Below, in pieces: positions 47,040-60,820 of a DNA stretch of 64,000 nt. The notes below the pieces were generated by a model that was not told the origin of the DNA, made no database searches, and worked only from the letters and a program-made list of their open reading frames with translations. The first letter of the stretch is position 1. Each line of letters opens with the position of its first letter. Origin of the DNA: Selaginella moellendorffii (taxonomy: Eukaryota; Plantae; Lycopodiophyta); contig NW_003314268.1 of assembly GCF_000143415.4 (NCBI RefSeq), forward strand, positions 1,069,247 through 1,133,246. Direction: 5' to 3'. Made by a program: the position numbers and the translations under genes.

Positions 47040-49420
47040 ACATTTTCGAGATAACAAAATTTATCCAACAACAATGCAATCTTTAGTAATTAAGTTTTGC
47101 AAATCAAGGATTAGGATGACAGTACATTTATATATTTAAGTCATTGGTCCAGGGAGTCTTGTATCACATATTTGCACAATTGATCCAATAAGTTTATATA
47201 GCTATTGAGGTTGTGAAACTAAAATACTTTTTCAACAAATTATAAGATATAATCTTAGACAAAAAAAAATCCAATATCTCCACCAAATGTGAGAACTTTC
47301 AAAAAAGAGGTATGTTTAGATTACCCAAGTCTCATACTTATAATACAAATAATCAGTAGTTTACAAATGTTGGATCAGGTCTTTTTTTTGTGTTTATAAC
47401 ATCTAATTTTATTGCAAATAAGGGATGTTAGTATTGAAATTTTTTGGGTATTTTCAACTGTACTTATTGGTCAAAACATCTAAACTAACAATAGCTTAAC
47501 TTCAGAAAATAGGTAATTCACACTACAACCCATTAAATTTAAATTTCATAATTGAATATACCTTGTCTACAATGAAAATTTATAATTTTTGGTTTGCTTA
47601 AGCAAACCGACATAGTAGTGAATATACCTAAAATATGCTTTAATATTCTAGGATATTCTTCATTTATAGTAATTTTGTATTTATAATTTATAAACTTTCT
47701 TAAAAACTTTCTAGTATATTCTGTTTTATTTTACAATAAGATTAATCTTGTGTTTATAAATTACAAACATGCTTATAATTATAAACTTTTATCTGATCAA
47801 TTAGATTGATAAGTAAGAAAAACATTACTATTAAACAAACTAAACATTATTACATGCAACGCATAACAAATTATTAAAACTTTAAAGGATTGGCATTGTG
47901 GACAAGAAAGCCCAAGAGAGGATGTTTTCTCTGCTACTTTCGTACGTTCATGCGAACAAGCAAAGTCGTTATGCTCTTGGCACAGTAAGCTCAGTATTTG
48001 CTTCTTTATCTCCTGATACTGGGTGTTTGATCAGGAGTTTGGGACGGGCAACCGTGAGTTCTACGAGAAAGTTTTACTGAACGAGGATCGCATGAAGTTC
48101 CTGGTGGATACATTTATGGAGCAGCACACGATCCTTTGCAAGGCTTGCAACCTCATTTGCTGACGATCTCTACGATCCCTGTACTGTGGGAGACTGTCTA
48201 CCGCAGTGCCAGGAAAGGTCGGGTGTGGTTCGTGAGCAAGGATCATAAGGTGATCAGGGACGAGGTGTACATCTGTCTGCCCTGCTTCCCAGAGATCAGC
48301 CTGTGGAGGCAGCCAAATAGGTCCAACTTCCTTACTCAAGATTGCTGATTCTTGAAATATTATGGTGAACCACTTTTATATTATTAATTATTTCAATCAT
48401 TTAAAGTTTTAAGAATTTGTTAGTTCTACTTATTAATCCAATTAATCAAATAAAATTTATAATTATAAACATAATTTATAAACACAAGAGTAATACTATT
48501 TCATATCAACCATTAGATGGTAGAATAAAAAAGAATGTACTAGAAAATTTTTCAGCAATTTCATAAATTATAAATATATTATTAAACTATAAATACAAAA
48601 TTAAGATCTAAAAAATCTTAAAAATATAAATGAATAACAACCGTTGGGTGGTAGAATATCCTAGAATATCCAAGTATATTCTAGGTATATCCACTCCTAC
48701 AGGTTTGCTTAAGCAAACCAAAAACTATAAATTTTTGGGTATTATCATTAACCTTTACTAGAATAAATTAACTATAATTTTATTGTTAATATCTTGATAA
48801 ATATATTCATTACTAACTTCTTCACACACTATTATATTAGAAACAATTAGCTTATTATAATGTGTTATATCTCAAATAGTTGATGGAAATGCTAATTATC
48901 TTTAAAAACTACTAAATAGTTCATCTGAATTTCACCCAACAATTTTCACTACTAACATTCCTTATTTGCAATGAAATTAGATGTTGTATTGACATTATAA
49001 ACTTTTTTTGTTTAGTAAAATTCGTATGCATTGTATATCATCTATAGGAATTGCAAAGAAGTTATAATCAATAAAATTTCAAAATACAACCTGGACATCT
49101 CAAGAAAAAAGGACCTAATCCAACATTTGTAAACCTCTGATTATTTTTATTTTAAGTATGAGACTCCAGGGTTCTCACATTTGGTGGAGATTTTAGGTAG
49201 TTTTTTGTCTAAGAATATATTTTAAAATTCCTTGAAAAATTAATCTAGTGTCACAACCTTGATAGCTGTATATAGACTTATTACATCAATTGTGTCATAC
49301 AAGACTCTTTGGACCAGTTACTCAAACATAAAAATTTACTGTCATCCTAATCCTTGATCAGCAAAAGTTAATTACTAAAGATTATATTGTTGTTGGATAA
49401 ATTTTGTTATCTTGAAAACT
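47040..49420. repeat. Large imperfect inverted repeat (arms about 47040-47800 and 48440-49420) enclosing a gene fragment
   Basis: For example gataacaaaatttatccaacaacaat vs attgttgttggataaattttgttatc, and atctccaccaaatgtgagaac vs gttctcacatttggtggagat. Confidence 0.8.
47885..48345 (+). pseudogene. Inverted second copy of the 45730-46270 gene fragment
   Basis: DKKAQERMFSLLLSYVHAN and VWFVSKDHKVIRDEVYICLPCFPEIS match the minus-strand copy. Confidence 0.75.
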
Positions 49421-49784
49421 TGAAGCAATGCGTATTAAAATATAATTTAGAATGCTCCTAAATATATTTGGACTAAGAAAAAAAGGATTTCTAATTTAAA
49501 TCACACTGGGACAGTAGCTGAAATATAGGGTGGTGCCAATACTGATGAAGCTAATATGATGCTTAATCCCATGCTGCTAATATAAAAACTTGTAAACTCA
49601 AAGAATATTTTATTATGAGGCTCGAGAGGGAGTTATTATGAGGGCTCAAGATCAAAGTGTTCTTTGTTCAAAGATCTAGCTAGTTTAGTATATTCAAAAG
49701 CTTGTAAACTGTATATATTATGAAACTCCAACAATTTTGGCATGATTTTGTTAATCCAACCTATGATAATTAATTATATTTTTC

Positions 49785-50040
49785 AGTGAATATTAATATT
49801 TAATTTTCTAACTCAAACATAATATAAAATCTTAGAAAAAATAGGATACTTGATCATTTATTTTATTGGCTCCAATTTGCATAGGGTGTATGGAACAGGA
49901 ATCTTTGAATTAAACTCATGAGTGTAGATTTCACATGGCGGACCCAATAAAAAAAAGTACGGGTACCCTATTTTTTATATTGTGTTTTATTATGCTTGAG
50001 TTGAAAATTAATTTATATTTTCGAATATTAATATTCACTC
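49785..50040. repeat. MITE-like imperfect hairpin
   Basis: agtgaatattaatatt...aactcaaacataata...aaaaaatagg...ttttattgg mirrors ccaataaaa...cctatttttt...tattatgcttgagtt...aatattaatattcact. Confidence 0.6.
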
Positions 50041-50690
50041 CCAATAAGTGATTAAAGTAAGTTAGAAAAGATAATTAATTAACATTACTATTGTTGTTTT
50101 TATTAGATATAAAATTAATTACACAGTCTTATGGTAAGCCTTAAATGAATTTGCGTAGCTGGATAAATATCCTACCAAAATTGTACTAATAAATTTGGTG
50201 TCTCATAATAAAATATTCTATGAGTTTACAAGTTTTTATATTTGGGATTAAAACTCCTTATATGTTTAAGGGCTTAAAATCAAAGTGTTCTCTGCAAAGA
50301 TCCAAGCTGTTTGAAAACTTTCAGATTTTTACAAGTTTCATTAAAATCATCTTAATGGAGTGGGGAGCCCTCACCTTTAGAGGGCAAGAGGCCATAGTGG
50401 CAACATCATTCCCCACAATGGTCAGCATTCTGATATTAATTTCCAATGCTATTAATAACATGGATACTAAAAAGTATGAAACTTAGGTTGCTGCTTTAAA
50501 AATCTAAACGATTGGCAAATACCAAACATAAACTCCCTTTTTATTAAGCTAAATCTAGTTTAGAGCAAAAAGAAACCAAGCGTATATCCAAGGGGTGAAA
50601 AGATATTTTAGCACAGGATACGTTTAGGGCTCTTGAGGTGAGCATATTTTCTCCTGTGGTCTCTAGAGGTTTCTAAACATTGGTGCGTAG

Positions 50691-53289
50691 ATGGCGAGCG
50701 CGAGCACCAGCCTAACTGCGCTCACAGCCCTCAATTCCACCTTCCTCTCCGGCTCCAATTCGGCTTCTCCGCTGGGACTTAGCTTCCCCAAGCGAAGGCA
50801 ATGGCGGCACAAGAGCTGTGTGCGCACCTCCGCAATGGCCAAGGAGCTTGTCTTCAACAAGGACGGCCAAGCCACCAAAAGACTCCAGGTTTGCAGAAAA
50901 GCTTCCTCTCTCGGATTGGCATTGGGCCATTGGCGAGTTTTTCTTATCGACTTTTTGCGAAACAGGCTGGAGTGAACAAGCTCGCGGATCTTGTTGGAGT
51001 GACTTTGGGTCCCAAAGGAAGGAATGTCGTCCTCGAGAGCAAGTATGGTTCTCCAAAGATTATCAACGATGGTGTCACGGTGACCAAGGAAGTATGTGCC
51101 TTGTCTTTCTTGTTGATGCTGTGGTTTGCTGATGGAAATGTATTTTAGATTGAATTGGAAGACCCGGTTGAGAACATTGGTGTGAAACTCGTGAGGCAAG
51201 CTGCTTCTAAAACCAACGATTTGGCTGGGGATGGAACGACGACTTCCTTGATCCTGGCACAAGGATTGATTGCCGAAGGCGTCAAGGTTTTTTCTCGTTT
51301 TTCTGTTCTTCCAGATTCATTAAGCCTTCTGCTTGGCTGTAGGTTGTGGCTGCTGGCTCGAATCCTATTCAAATCACGAGGGGAATTGACAAAACCATCG
51401 CAGCTCTGGTGAAGGAGCTGAAGGAGATTTCGAAAGAGGTTTGCTTTTCCGGATTCCAAGTTGTACGTCAAGTGAAAAAAGTCTCTTTTCAGGTCGAGGA
51501 TAGCGAGCTCGCAGATGTTGCTACGGTGAGCGCCGGGAACAATGACGAAGTGGGCAAAATGATAGCCGAGGCCATGAACAAAGTCGGGAGGAAAGGCGTT
51601 GTCACTTTGGAAGAAGGCAAGAGTGCCGAGAACACACTGCACGTAGTCGAAGGCATGCAGTTCGAGCGTGGCTATATGTCTCCCTACTTCGTCACGGACA
51701 CTGACAAGATGGCCGTAGAGTACGACAATTGCAAGGTAAAGATCTGTTTTTGGTTCTTGCTTGCTCCCGTGCTGATGAAGAGATGCATGCGCAGCTCCTC
51801 CTGGTTGACAGGAAGATTGCTACTGCGAGAGACGTGATTGGAATCCTGGAAGATGCAATTCGCGGGGGCTATCCCCTTATGATTATGGCCGAGGAGATCG
51901 AGCAAGAAGCACTTGCAACTCTGGTTGTGAACCGGCTTCGTGGCTCTCTCAAGATTGTGGCCATCAAGGCCCCAGGATTTGGAGAGAGGAAGACGCAGTA
52001 TCTCGAGGATATTGCCATCCTCACTGGAGGTAAGTAGAGTTTTTTTTGTTTTCCAGAGGCTTGTGCTTATCGATTTGTACATCGTAGGCACGGTTGTGCG
52101 GGAAGAAGTTGGGCTGTCTTTGGATAAAGTTGGCCGTGAAGTCCTTGGGAATGCTGCAAAGCTGGTGGTAACAAAGGATTCGACGACAATTGTCGGGGAT
52201 GGAAGCACACAGGAGGCCGTCACAAAGCGCGTTACTCAAATTCGCAACTTGATGGAGGTGTTGTTATTTCTATTCTCTGTCACGAAGCTAACTTATGTTT
52301 GTAGGTTGCCGAACAAAGCTACGAAAAGGAGAAGCTGAACGAACGTATTGCCAAATTGTCCGGTGGAGTTGCAGTTGTGACTGTAAGACATCGCTTTTTT
52401 TGCCGTTTCCGGAAAAAATTCTTCTGACATTGATTCGCGCAGGTGGGAGCTCAAACGGAAACCGAGCTGAAAGAGAAGAAGCTTAGAGTGGAGGACGCTC
52501 TAAATGCAACAAAGGTAATATACCGGTCTTGTCACCCGTTTTTTCTGCAATTCCTCGCTTTTCGCAGGCTGCTGTTGAGGAAGGCATCGTTGTTGGTGGA
52601 GGCACAGCTCTTTTGAGGCTGTCGAAGAAAGTGGATGCCATCAAGGAAACGCTTGAAAACCAGGAGCAAAAGGTAAGGATATAGCGCAATCGCCATCTCT
52701 TTGACAAGTTTGGATGAATCGCTTGCCAGATTGGCGCAGACATTGTCAAGCGCGCCTTGGGCTACCCGATCAAACTCATCGCCAAGAATGCAGGAGTGAA
52801 CGGGAGTGTGGTCGTCGAAAAGGTTGGCAAAACTTCGTTTTCATGTGTAGCGAAGCGCGCTTACCGACTTGCATGCATGGATTTTCCAGGTTTTGGCCAA
52901 TGATAACTTCAACTTTGGCTACAACGCAGCCACGGGAACCTACGAGGATCTCATGGCTGCAGGAATTATCGATCCCACAAAGGTAAGAAAAAAGAAGAAA
53001 AAAACACTCGAGTTTCAAGTAGAAAGCGATAAATTTTCTCTTGGTTGTTTCGTTCTCTCAGGTGGTGAGGTGCTGCCTTGAACACGCGGGATCAGTGGCC
53101 AAGACCTTTCTTACGTCGGACGTTGTGGTAGTAGACATCAAAGAAGAGTTTATTCCCACTGGAGCTGCGCAAGGAATGGCCATGGACAATTCAGGTACAT
53201 TGTCTCTTCTTTCCTTTTGTTTTTGGTTTTTGGGCTATTGTGAGTGATGGAATCTCTGGGTTTTGGCTGCAGGCTATCCTCCTTACTAA
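50691..53289 (+). CDS. CPN60B: Chloroplast chaperonin 60 beta subunit
   Basis: Transit peptide then [69 protein letters not shown]. Confidence 0.96.
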
Positions 53290-53783
53290 GCAGGATCCAC
53301 ACATTTTGTTTCTATCGTGATTTTTTTTTTTTTTTTGTTGTTTTCTTTGGTACGTGCGGAAGAAGTATCAAACAAGTTTTGCGAGCAAAGCAAAAACAGC
53401 AGTTCTATTGCAGTTCTATTGTAGTTCAGTTTCATAACGGCCTTGAATGGAAAGATTTTTGTTTGAAGTGAATGAAGAGAAACTTCAACACCTTTTTTTT
53501 GGATGAGGAAAATGTTGGTGAATTTTCATAGATATTTTAGACACAATGTTTTTAATTTCTGCTTCAGGAGAAACTTCAACACATTTTTGGATGAGAAAAA
53601 CAATTTCATAAATATTTTTTAGACAAAAAGAAAAACCGTTAAAAAATTTTGTGGTGAGTGTACATGCCTGTCTTTTTTTGTTGGTTGTGGTGACAAAGGT
53701 TCCTCTTCTGGACCAACATTGGAGATCACAAGAACAAGGAATCACCACCCTGCTGATATTTCTTCTGCAAAACCATTCCATCC

Positions 53784-55832
53784 TCAGATCTCAACCTTCA
53801 TGTGCCCTGTGGGTAGCTGCACTGAGATTTGTGAAAAACAGAGTCAGAACCAATTTGGAAAAGATCCACAGCCAAGATTCCAACCTTGCAGCTCCTGAGA
53901 TAGTGCTCCAAAGCTCATCTGGACAACGCTTTGCAACTCGCCGTCCCAGACACTAGACGCCTGGAAGAAAAAGAAGAAAGAAGCATATGAGCTTTTTGCT
54001 GGAAGGAGATAAGTAAGGACTTACTTGAGATGCCGCATCTGTAAAGCCACCCTCCCCTGGAGCCCGGATTGCATTCTCCACTGTGCTGCTCAAGGCCCTG
54101 AGATCGAGGCCGCAACTTCCCAGTTGCATTACGGCCGCTTGTGCCTGCTGGAGCTGCTGGAGGTGGGAGTATGTGGAGCTCATGTCATGGTTTAGAACAA
54201 TGGGTGAAGTGGATCCACGGCCTTGGAGCACCTGTAAATGCAATCAGTAAGGCTGGCATCGGGATGGTCGTATGTGATCCAAGCTCACCTCTTTGGTTAG
54301 TAGGCCGTCCAAGTTGATGTCTAGCCTGGGATTTACCGCGGCTAACTTCATGGAGAGGAACTGTGGAAGAGAAAAGCGTAGCTTAGTTCCAATGATCCAC
54401 TAGGTTACAGTTGAGAGACCACCGTACCTCGACTTGGCGCTGTAGAGATTGGACGTAGTTGATTATCTCGTCGAGCATGACAGCTTTACCGGTGACCTGA
54501 AGAGAATAAACTTGCGTTAGAGTTTTTCTCTTGTCCTACATTATTATGTAAACAGCACCTTGCTGCAACCTGGTACCAAGTCCTGCAGAAACTTCATTCG
54601 CTCGCTGATCTTCTCTCTTCGAACCTGTACGTGCATTAGTTCATGTTAGATTAGATTCTCGCCGCACTACATGCAGAAACAAAAAAGAGATATACTCACT
54701 CTTTCGGCAAGGCTGTGGCTGTCAGTTGCTTGGCCTCTTCGAGCTCTCACATGAATGTAGTCTTGCTTCGGGGGCTCCGGGGGCTTGGAGTTCTCTTTTA
54801 CGGACTTTGGGCTCGAGCTGCCAGAGTTTTCACTGCTACTCCTCTCCGTCTTTGTTTTAGCCTCGTCCTTTTCCTTGGACCCCTCGGATGCCTTTTGGCG
54901 CTTGACTTTTGTCTCTTCGCCTTCGGGGTTCTACACATCCACAGAAACGTTACAAAGTTAGCCTATATTCGTTCTAGCCACTCACGCATCATTCAGAAAT
55001 GCAGTACCTTTACGTCTCTCCGGATTGGAGTATCCTTGCATTTGTCTTCGCTGGTCTTTCTCTTTTTGTTGCCTTGCTCCATTGAATTCTGTGCGGAGCT
55101 GAAAGAATCCTCCTTGGTGGGACTTGAGCCAGTTTCCTGGGAGACTTTATGGAGCTTGTTGAAGAGCTTGCCCTCGTCTAGCGCATTTTTCACGGCCTCA
55201 TCCGCCGCATTATTGTCGCCTCTCATACTCGACGTCCTGGACAGCTTGTTGGGACTTTGCTGCCCGTACCCGCCACCGCTGTGGAACGACGAGTACCTGG
55301 CAGCACGCTCCGCAAAGCCAGGATCAGCTGGAAAATCCGCAAAGCATTGCGACGAAATCCCTTGGAGAGCAAGGCCACCCTTTGAAGGATCCACTGTCAA
55401 GCTCAGGCCATTCGACGTCGCCCAGGCATTCGAGGGAGCCCTCTCTATCCCTTGGCTCGGGCTCGACGCCAGCGAAGAAGGCCCATAAGTTAAGTTGCTG
55501 CCGGGATGCTTGCTAGCCTCGGAATTACTCGCCGAGACGACTGCGTTGCTGGCCGGCATCGCCGACGAGAAGGAGATGCTTGGGTCGACAAACTGATGCC
55601 AGTCACCGCTGCCAATGGCGTTCAGAAACTCGGGGCCGAAAGCGCTACCTTCCGCCCCCGGCGCTGCTGCCCCCATTGGCCACGAAACCGGGCAGTCGGT
55701 CGATGGATAGCTCGAGTCCATGAAGTACTTGGATGATGATAAATCCGCGCCAATAGTACTGGAGAGTGGGACTGAGCTCCTCATATACGAGAATCCTTTG
55801 TGCTCTGACGACGAAACGTGAGCCATGGCCAT
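53784..55832 (-). CDS. bHLH transcription factor (CIB1/BPE/bHLH49-like)
   Basis: [102 protein letters not shown]. Confidence 0.93.
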
Positions 55833-56744
55833 ATAGGAGGAGGAGGAGGAGGCACAAAGCAACTAACCAAGCTCAGCTCTCCAAGCGGATGCTCCGAGCT
55901 AGCCTTCACAACTCTTGAATCGCTGATGCGTTGCAGTCATTCACCCTGTGTCACCCAAGTCAGAAGCGTGGAAAAAAAAAAAACTAAGCTTTCATCAATG
56001 CCAGAGAACCAGTTTCCAAGATCAAATTGGGAACACGACACCAAACAAATGTAAGCACTCCAAATTTGAGAATGGAACAGTTCTGTTCACTGATTCTAGA
56101 CAGCTCTCGGGAGCCAACACTAACAAACAATTCACAGGCGAGAAATAAGATATGGCAACGAAAGCAATCGTCGCGGCGGCAAAGTAGCGAAATCCACACA
56201 CAATGCAGGTCCCAATTCACACGGCCAGGCACGAGAGAAGGCCATGCCATCCAAACTCGGGAAAAAGATCGAGAGAAGGACGAAGTACCTGTCGAAAGAT
56301 CCGTGAACATATTTTGGATCGATTCCACAATGCCGGTTCGCGGCGCTACCCCTGGGGCCGAAATGCGGGAGAAATCGCCGAAATGCGGGAGAAATCGTGG
56401 ACGAGAGCCGAATATATCCAGGAAATCCACAGCCGCGGGAGCTCCCGGCGATGAATCAAGCTCGAATCAAGACGACAGACCTCGATAATCTTGGCGCAAG
56501 CCGCCCGTCGAGATCGTCCACCACGGGGGGCGCAAAAGGGCCTTCTCAAAAACCCTGGAAATGGGGGAGGGCCTTTAACGAGTTCTTCCACAAAGACACG
56601 CATAGCCCAGCCCTCGCTTTTGTGGCTCTACCAGTACGGCACCGCCGCGAGCATCCCGGCGCCCGTACAAACGAATATTCCGGGACGTCCGTATATGTTG
56701 ACCGGTCTCATTGATTGGCCGGAAATGCGGAACGCCCGCGACAG

Positions 56745-57900
56745 CTGCCTACGTGGCGGGCGCCCATAAGCGCCATGTCTGTCGGAATGCATCCAGTGGC
56801 GTGGGGCCACGTGTCAGAGCTTGCCACGTTGCGTCTTTTAATGGAAGGGGGACCGCACGCGGGAGGGCGGGTTCGAATCCGGCACGCCTCACTGCGAGCG
56901 ATTAATGTGCAATGCAACAATGTACAAAGGTTTAATCAAAACAATTTCCATCCTTTCTTGTTTAATATTCTCATTGTTTATCAATACTAAATTCTTGTTC
57001 TACCATCGTTACCCTTCCTGCTTGGCTTTTCTATGTTCCTGCCCATGGCTCAAATGCATGAATGCCTTTAAAAAACTGGGAAATACTGGAACTCCTATGT
57101 GAGTATCTCACATGGACAATCCAACCCATTGGAGTTATGGAATTTGTCCTTTGGCAATTTGATCCAGACAGTATCTTCCGTAGCGATAGCATTCTCCCGC
57201 GAATATTCCTTCGGCAGTTAGCGGGTTTAACTACGTTAAACAGTAACCGCCATTTCAATCGCAGCCGTCAAATATCGCTTTCATCTGAAAAAAAGTGGCG
57301 CCTTTTACCTGGTGACTTTACCATTTTTACTTACGTGTACAATTCCTAGGGGTGGGCCCGGACAGTCTGACATGGCTGTCGGCTATGTGGCAAGGCCAGT
57401 GGCCAAATTCAAGCGGGCTTTGGGCCACCCGGGCTCACGTGTCAGCCCTTCACGTGACCTGGGGCCAATTATAAGCTACGAGGTCCGCTGACGTCCGCCG
57501 GACTGCGTCAGCGCAATACCCGGCTTTACCGCATCGCCATGTCATATGCGCGCCAGCAAGGCCCGCGCACCTCCACGTCGCCTCCAGCTCATGGCCGACG
57601 TGTCGGGCGCGCCTCTCGAAAAGATGGGGGTTCGATTCCCCCTCTCTCTCTGATGACGTCCTTCTCACACACGTCACTCTCCCAGTGGGCTTTTTTGCTT
57701 GTACACATACACAGTGGACCCAGCCAAATGGCTAAATGGCCTCTGCCACGCTGGCAGCAAAATGCCGGGGGCAGTACCGGGCAAAGCCGCTTGAATGCCA
57801 GCATTATCGAGGCCTGGCCAGTCTTTGTCCGGGGCCCCGGTCAAAATCTCGCCTTGTCACGTCAGCGGCAGAAGGGAGAAGGGAAGGCACGCGTGGGAGA
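56745..57900. promoter_or_regulatory. GC-rich cluster of G-box/ABRE and TCP-like sites upstream of the bHLH
   Basis: CACGTG at 56808, 57436 and 57451, several other ACGT cores, GTGGGCCC near 57352. No credible ORF. Confidence 0.45.
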
Positions 57901-60820
57901 CGTATGGGCGTTATTGTAAAGAAATACCAACTCACACTGCCCTAAAGAAATTGTCCCTTCTTTCCCTTTTCTTTTATCTACTTGGTCTGGCGGTCAGTGA
58001 CGCGTACGAATGTATGTGCATGGGAATACACTTCTATATACAGTTATGCTACGCTGCTGGACGTGTATGTGGCCATGGAAATACATTTCCACATACAGCC
58101 ATACCTTCCTCTCTCTCCCTAGGGACAAGAGAAAAAACTTCCTCCCCAACTGCAGCAGATGCCTCAACTTGGCAATTGATGGGAAGTGGGGACTTTGTCT
58201 CTCACAGTGGGGACTGTTTGCATTTGTGTATAGGGCTGCTGTTTCTGGGGCTTTCTGATCACCACATTCAATCTCCTCCCAATGTGGTCCAGGTAAAAAC
58301 TTGTTTGCATACTCTTGGAGGATAAGCAGGATAGATTCTTCTGAGTGGGGTGATTAGTTGCTGGTTTCTCAAGAGAGAAATCTATCTGAGAAAGGCAGGA
58401 AGGGGGAGGGAGAAGATCAAGCATCATTTCAGATATGGATTGCTCATCCACCACCCTGACAAATGCCACCCTCCCTTTTTTCTTCACTAGAAAAAAAGAT
58501 AAAAACAAAGAGGGGGAGGGGCTAGCAGTGTAAGGGCCATTTTTCTTTTTATTAGAAGGAATGATGGACCCCTCCAACATGGGACCAAAATCTTTGTCCT
58601 CCAAAGGTCCCCAGTTGCCCCCACCTAGGGCAATTTGTCAATATTTGTTGTTCCTGTTTTCTAGCCTTGCTTTGCTTTTACCCAGAAGAAAGAATTGGGG
58701 GGGTGATGGAGGTATGGGACCAACCAAAAGCCAGCAACAACAACATTTATAAAAATCATATACATGTATATAGTTCTCTAACAAACTCTATCATTGCTTT
58801 CTTTGTTTGTTATTTATTTGACTGGCTCTCTCCTCCCTCCGTGCCCCCAAGGCCCGTTCCACAAAACTGAAGAAAAAGGAGATTGTCCTGTTGATCTATG
58901 ATCTAGCTATTTTTCTGCTTTGTGCATTATTCCCTCCCCTCTTTTCTCCTTCAAGCTGGTACTCAATCATGAAAAGACTCCACAGCAACTCAATACTGCT
59001 GGCTGGCTGGCTGAGGGGTACTTGGGAAAAGTCCTAAAGTTCTAACCCCTCCCTCAAAAGAAAACAAAAAAGAAAAGAGTGAGACAATGGTTAGGATTCA
59101 AAATGATGTGCTTGTCTTTGTGTGTGTGTTTTGCATAGCTGTGCATTCCTCATCTTGTCTGGCTTAGGTCTCAAGTAACACACACAGACACAAATCAAGA
59201 TGTATCAACAGTAGAGCTGTGGAGACTTTGTTGATAAGCTCGTGTTGGTTTATACATCTTTTTCCTCAGCTGTATGAAAACAAAGGGGCAACCAACTGAG
59301 AACAAAGTGCTCCTTGCAAATTGCACCCCACAGCAAACAATCTGCTGGTGCTGTGGTTGTAAAGAGCTCTCCCCTTTCCATTGTCAGTAGATTTCTTCGA
59401 GTCTGGTGAAAGAATCACATCACTTTTTTCCCCTTTTCTTTTTTTTTTTTAAGAAGGGGAAAAATGCAAAAATTAAAAGTGTGGATTTCAGTGGGATTTT
59501 AGCTGGTTTTTGTTGTGCCAGCCACCAGCCAGCATCTTTGTGGCTTGTCTACACTACTGCAAAACGAATGAATCTCACAATCAGCCCTCAAACTCCATCC
59601 GGCAAGACCAAGCCCCGTGTCAACTTTTGTTTTAAAAGCACGTCATACTCAAGCAGAAGAATTCCAACGCTTAACTAGACACCGATGTGGTAGCAACGCC
59701 CAGAATCCCCTTTCAGACCAGTAGACAGGATTCTCACCAATATCTTCTCTTTGATATATAGTTGACATCGTTTTCTCCTTCAACATAAAAGTTGGCGGTC
59801 ATGCTTTCCCTTCGTTAAACGGGCTCAAATTCTCGACTTTTAAAAAATGTGATGCCTTGTCTTGGTCTGAAGTACACGCGCTTCGCAGTAGCTGGCCGGA
59901 TCGGCCAAATAAAAATCGCTACAATATAGTATTATCGGGAAGAAGTGGGATCTTCGTCCTCTTAAAACGTACAGGGTGGTGGGATTTCCTCTCCAAAGTT
60001 TCCTCACGCGGAGGAGGAAAGAATCATTGGGAACAAGGTGGCGGAGCACTTGTTTTATGCGCTCGAGATTCGCTCGAGCCGAGAGAGCTCTAAAGAGCCT
60101 TGCCTTTTCTTTTCTCCTCCTTCCCGGATGGATGTTCTAACGCTTTTGTATATTACTTGAAAACTCCCAAATGCAAGCCAGAGCGTCCTAGGCCAAGATC
60201 TTGTACACCCAACACTCAGATCTTGTGGCTTATTCTAAGCATCTTTGTGATCGAAGTGTCGACACCGGAAAGAAAGAGATCCAGTGCCGCAAGGAAAGCT
60301 CAAACTAGTCGTCGATATAGTTTTGTAAGCCAACTTTCCACTGGGGTTCAATCTAGACCATTCTTTGTTGTATATATAACTAATAATCTAGATTATACAA
60401 GACAATTTATATATGAATCAACGGTCTTTTGTATCTCCACTTGATCACAAACTATAATAATTTTAAATAATAACTTAGATTTTGTTTGTGTGGCTCTTGC
60501 AAGCACTACGTAAGACAATTGCCCCCGTTTTCCATATCGTTCTCGTTTTGCTGCCAAACAATCTTCCATCCAGCCGGGAGTAAGTTGGTGCTTAGCTTTC
60601 AGTCATCAAAGCCTGATGGATACGAGATAATATACTCTTCTCTCCAATCCTTCTTTTAAGAGCTTTGCTGGCTTGTGGTGTGATGTTTCTCTACAGCTCT
60701 ACTTTACATTGTCGAGATCATTGGCGTTGCACCCATCGCTCGATCGCTGGATGGATCACACGGCTCATGATTACACGCCCAAAATTCCACCTTGTGAAAG
60801 AGACTCTGTAAGATATGCTT

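Noticed and set aside
54715-55488. 257-aa plus-strand ORF
   Set aside because: Antisense shadow of the bHLH exons.
59100-59210. Possible pre-miRNA hairpin
   Set aside because: Pairing comes mostly from (TG)n/(CA)n microsatellites and no conserved miRNA is recognised; small-RNA data would be needed.
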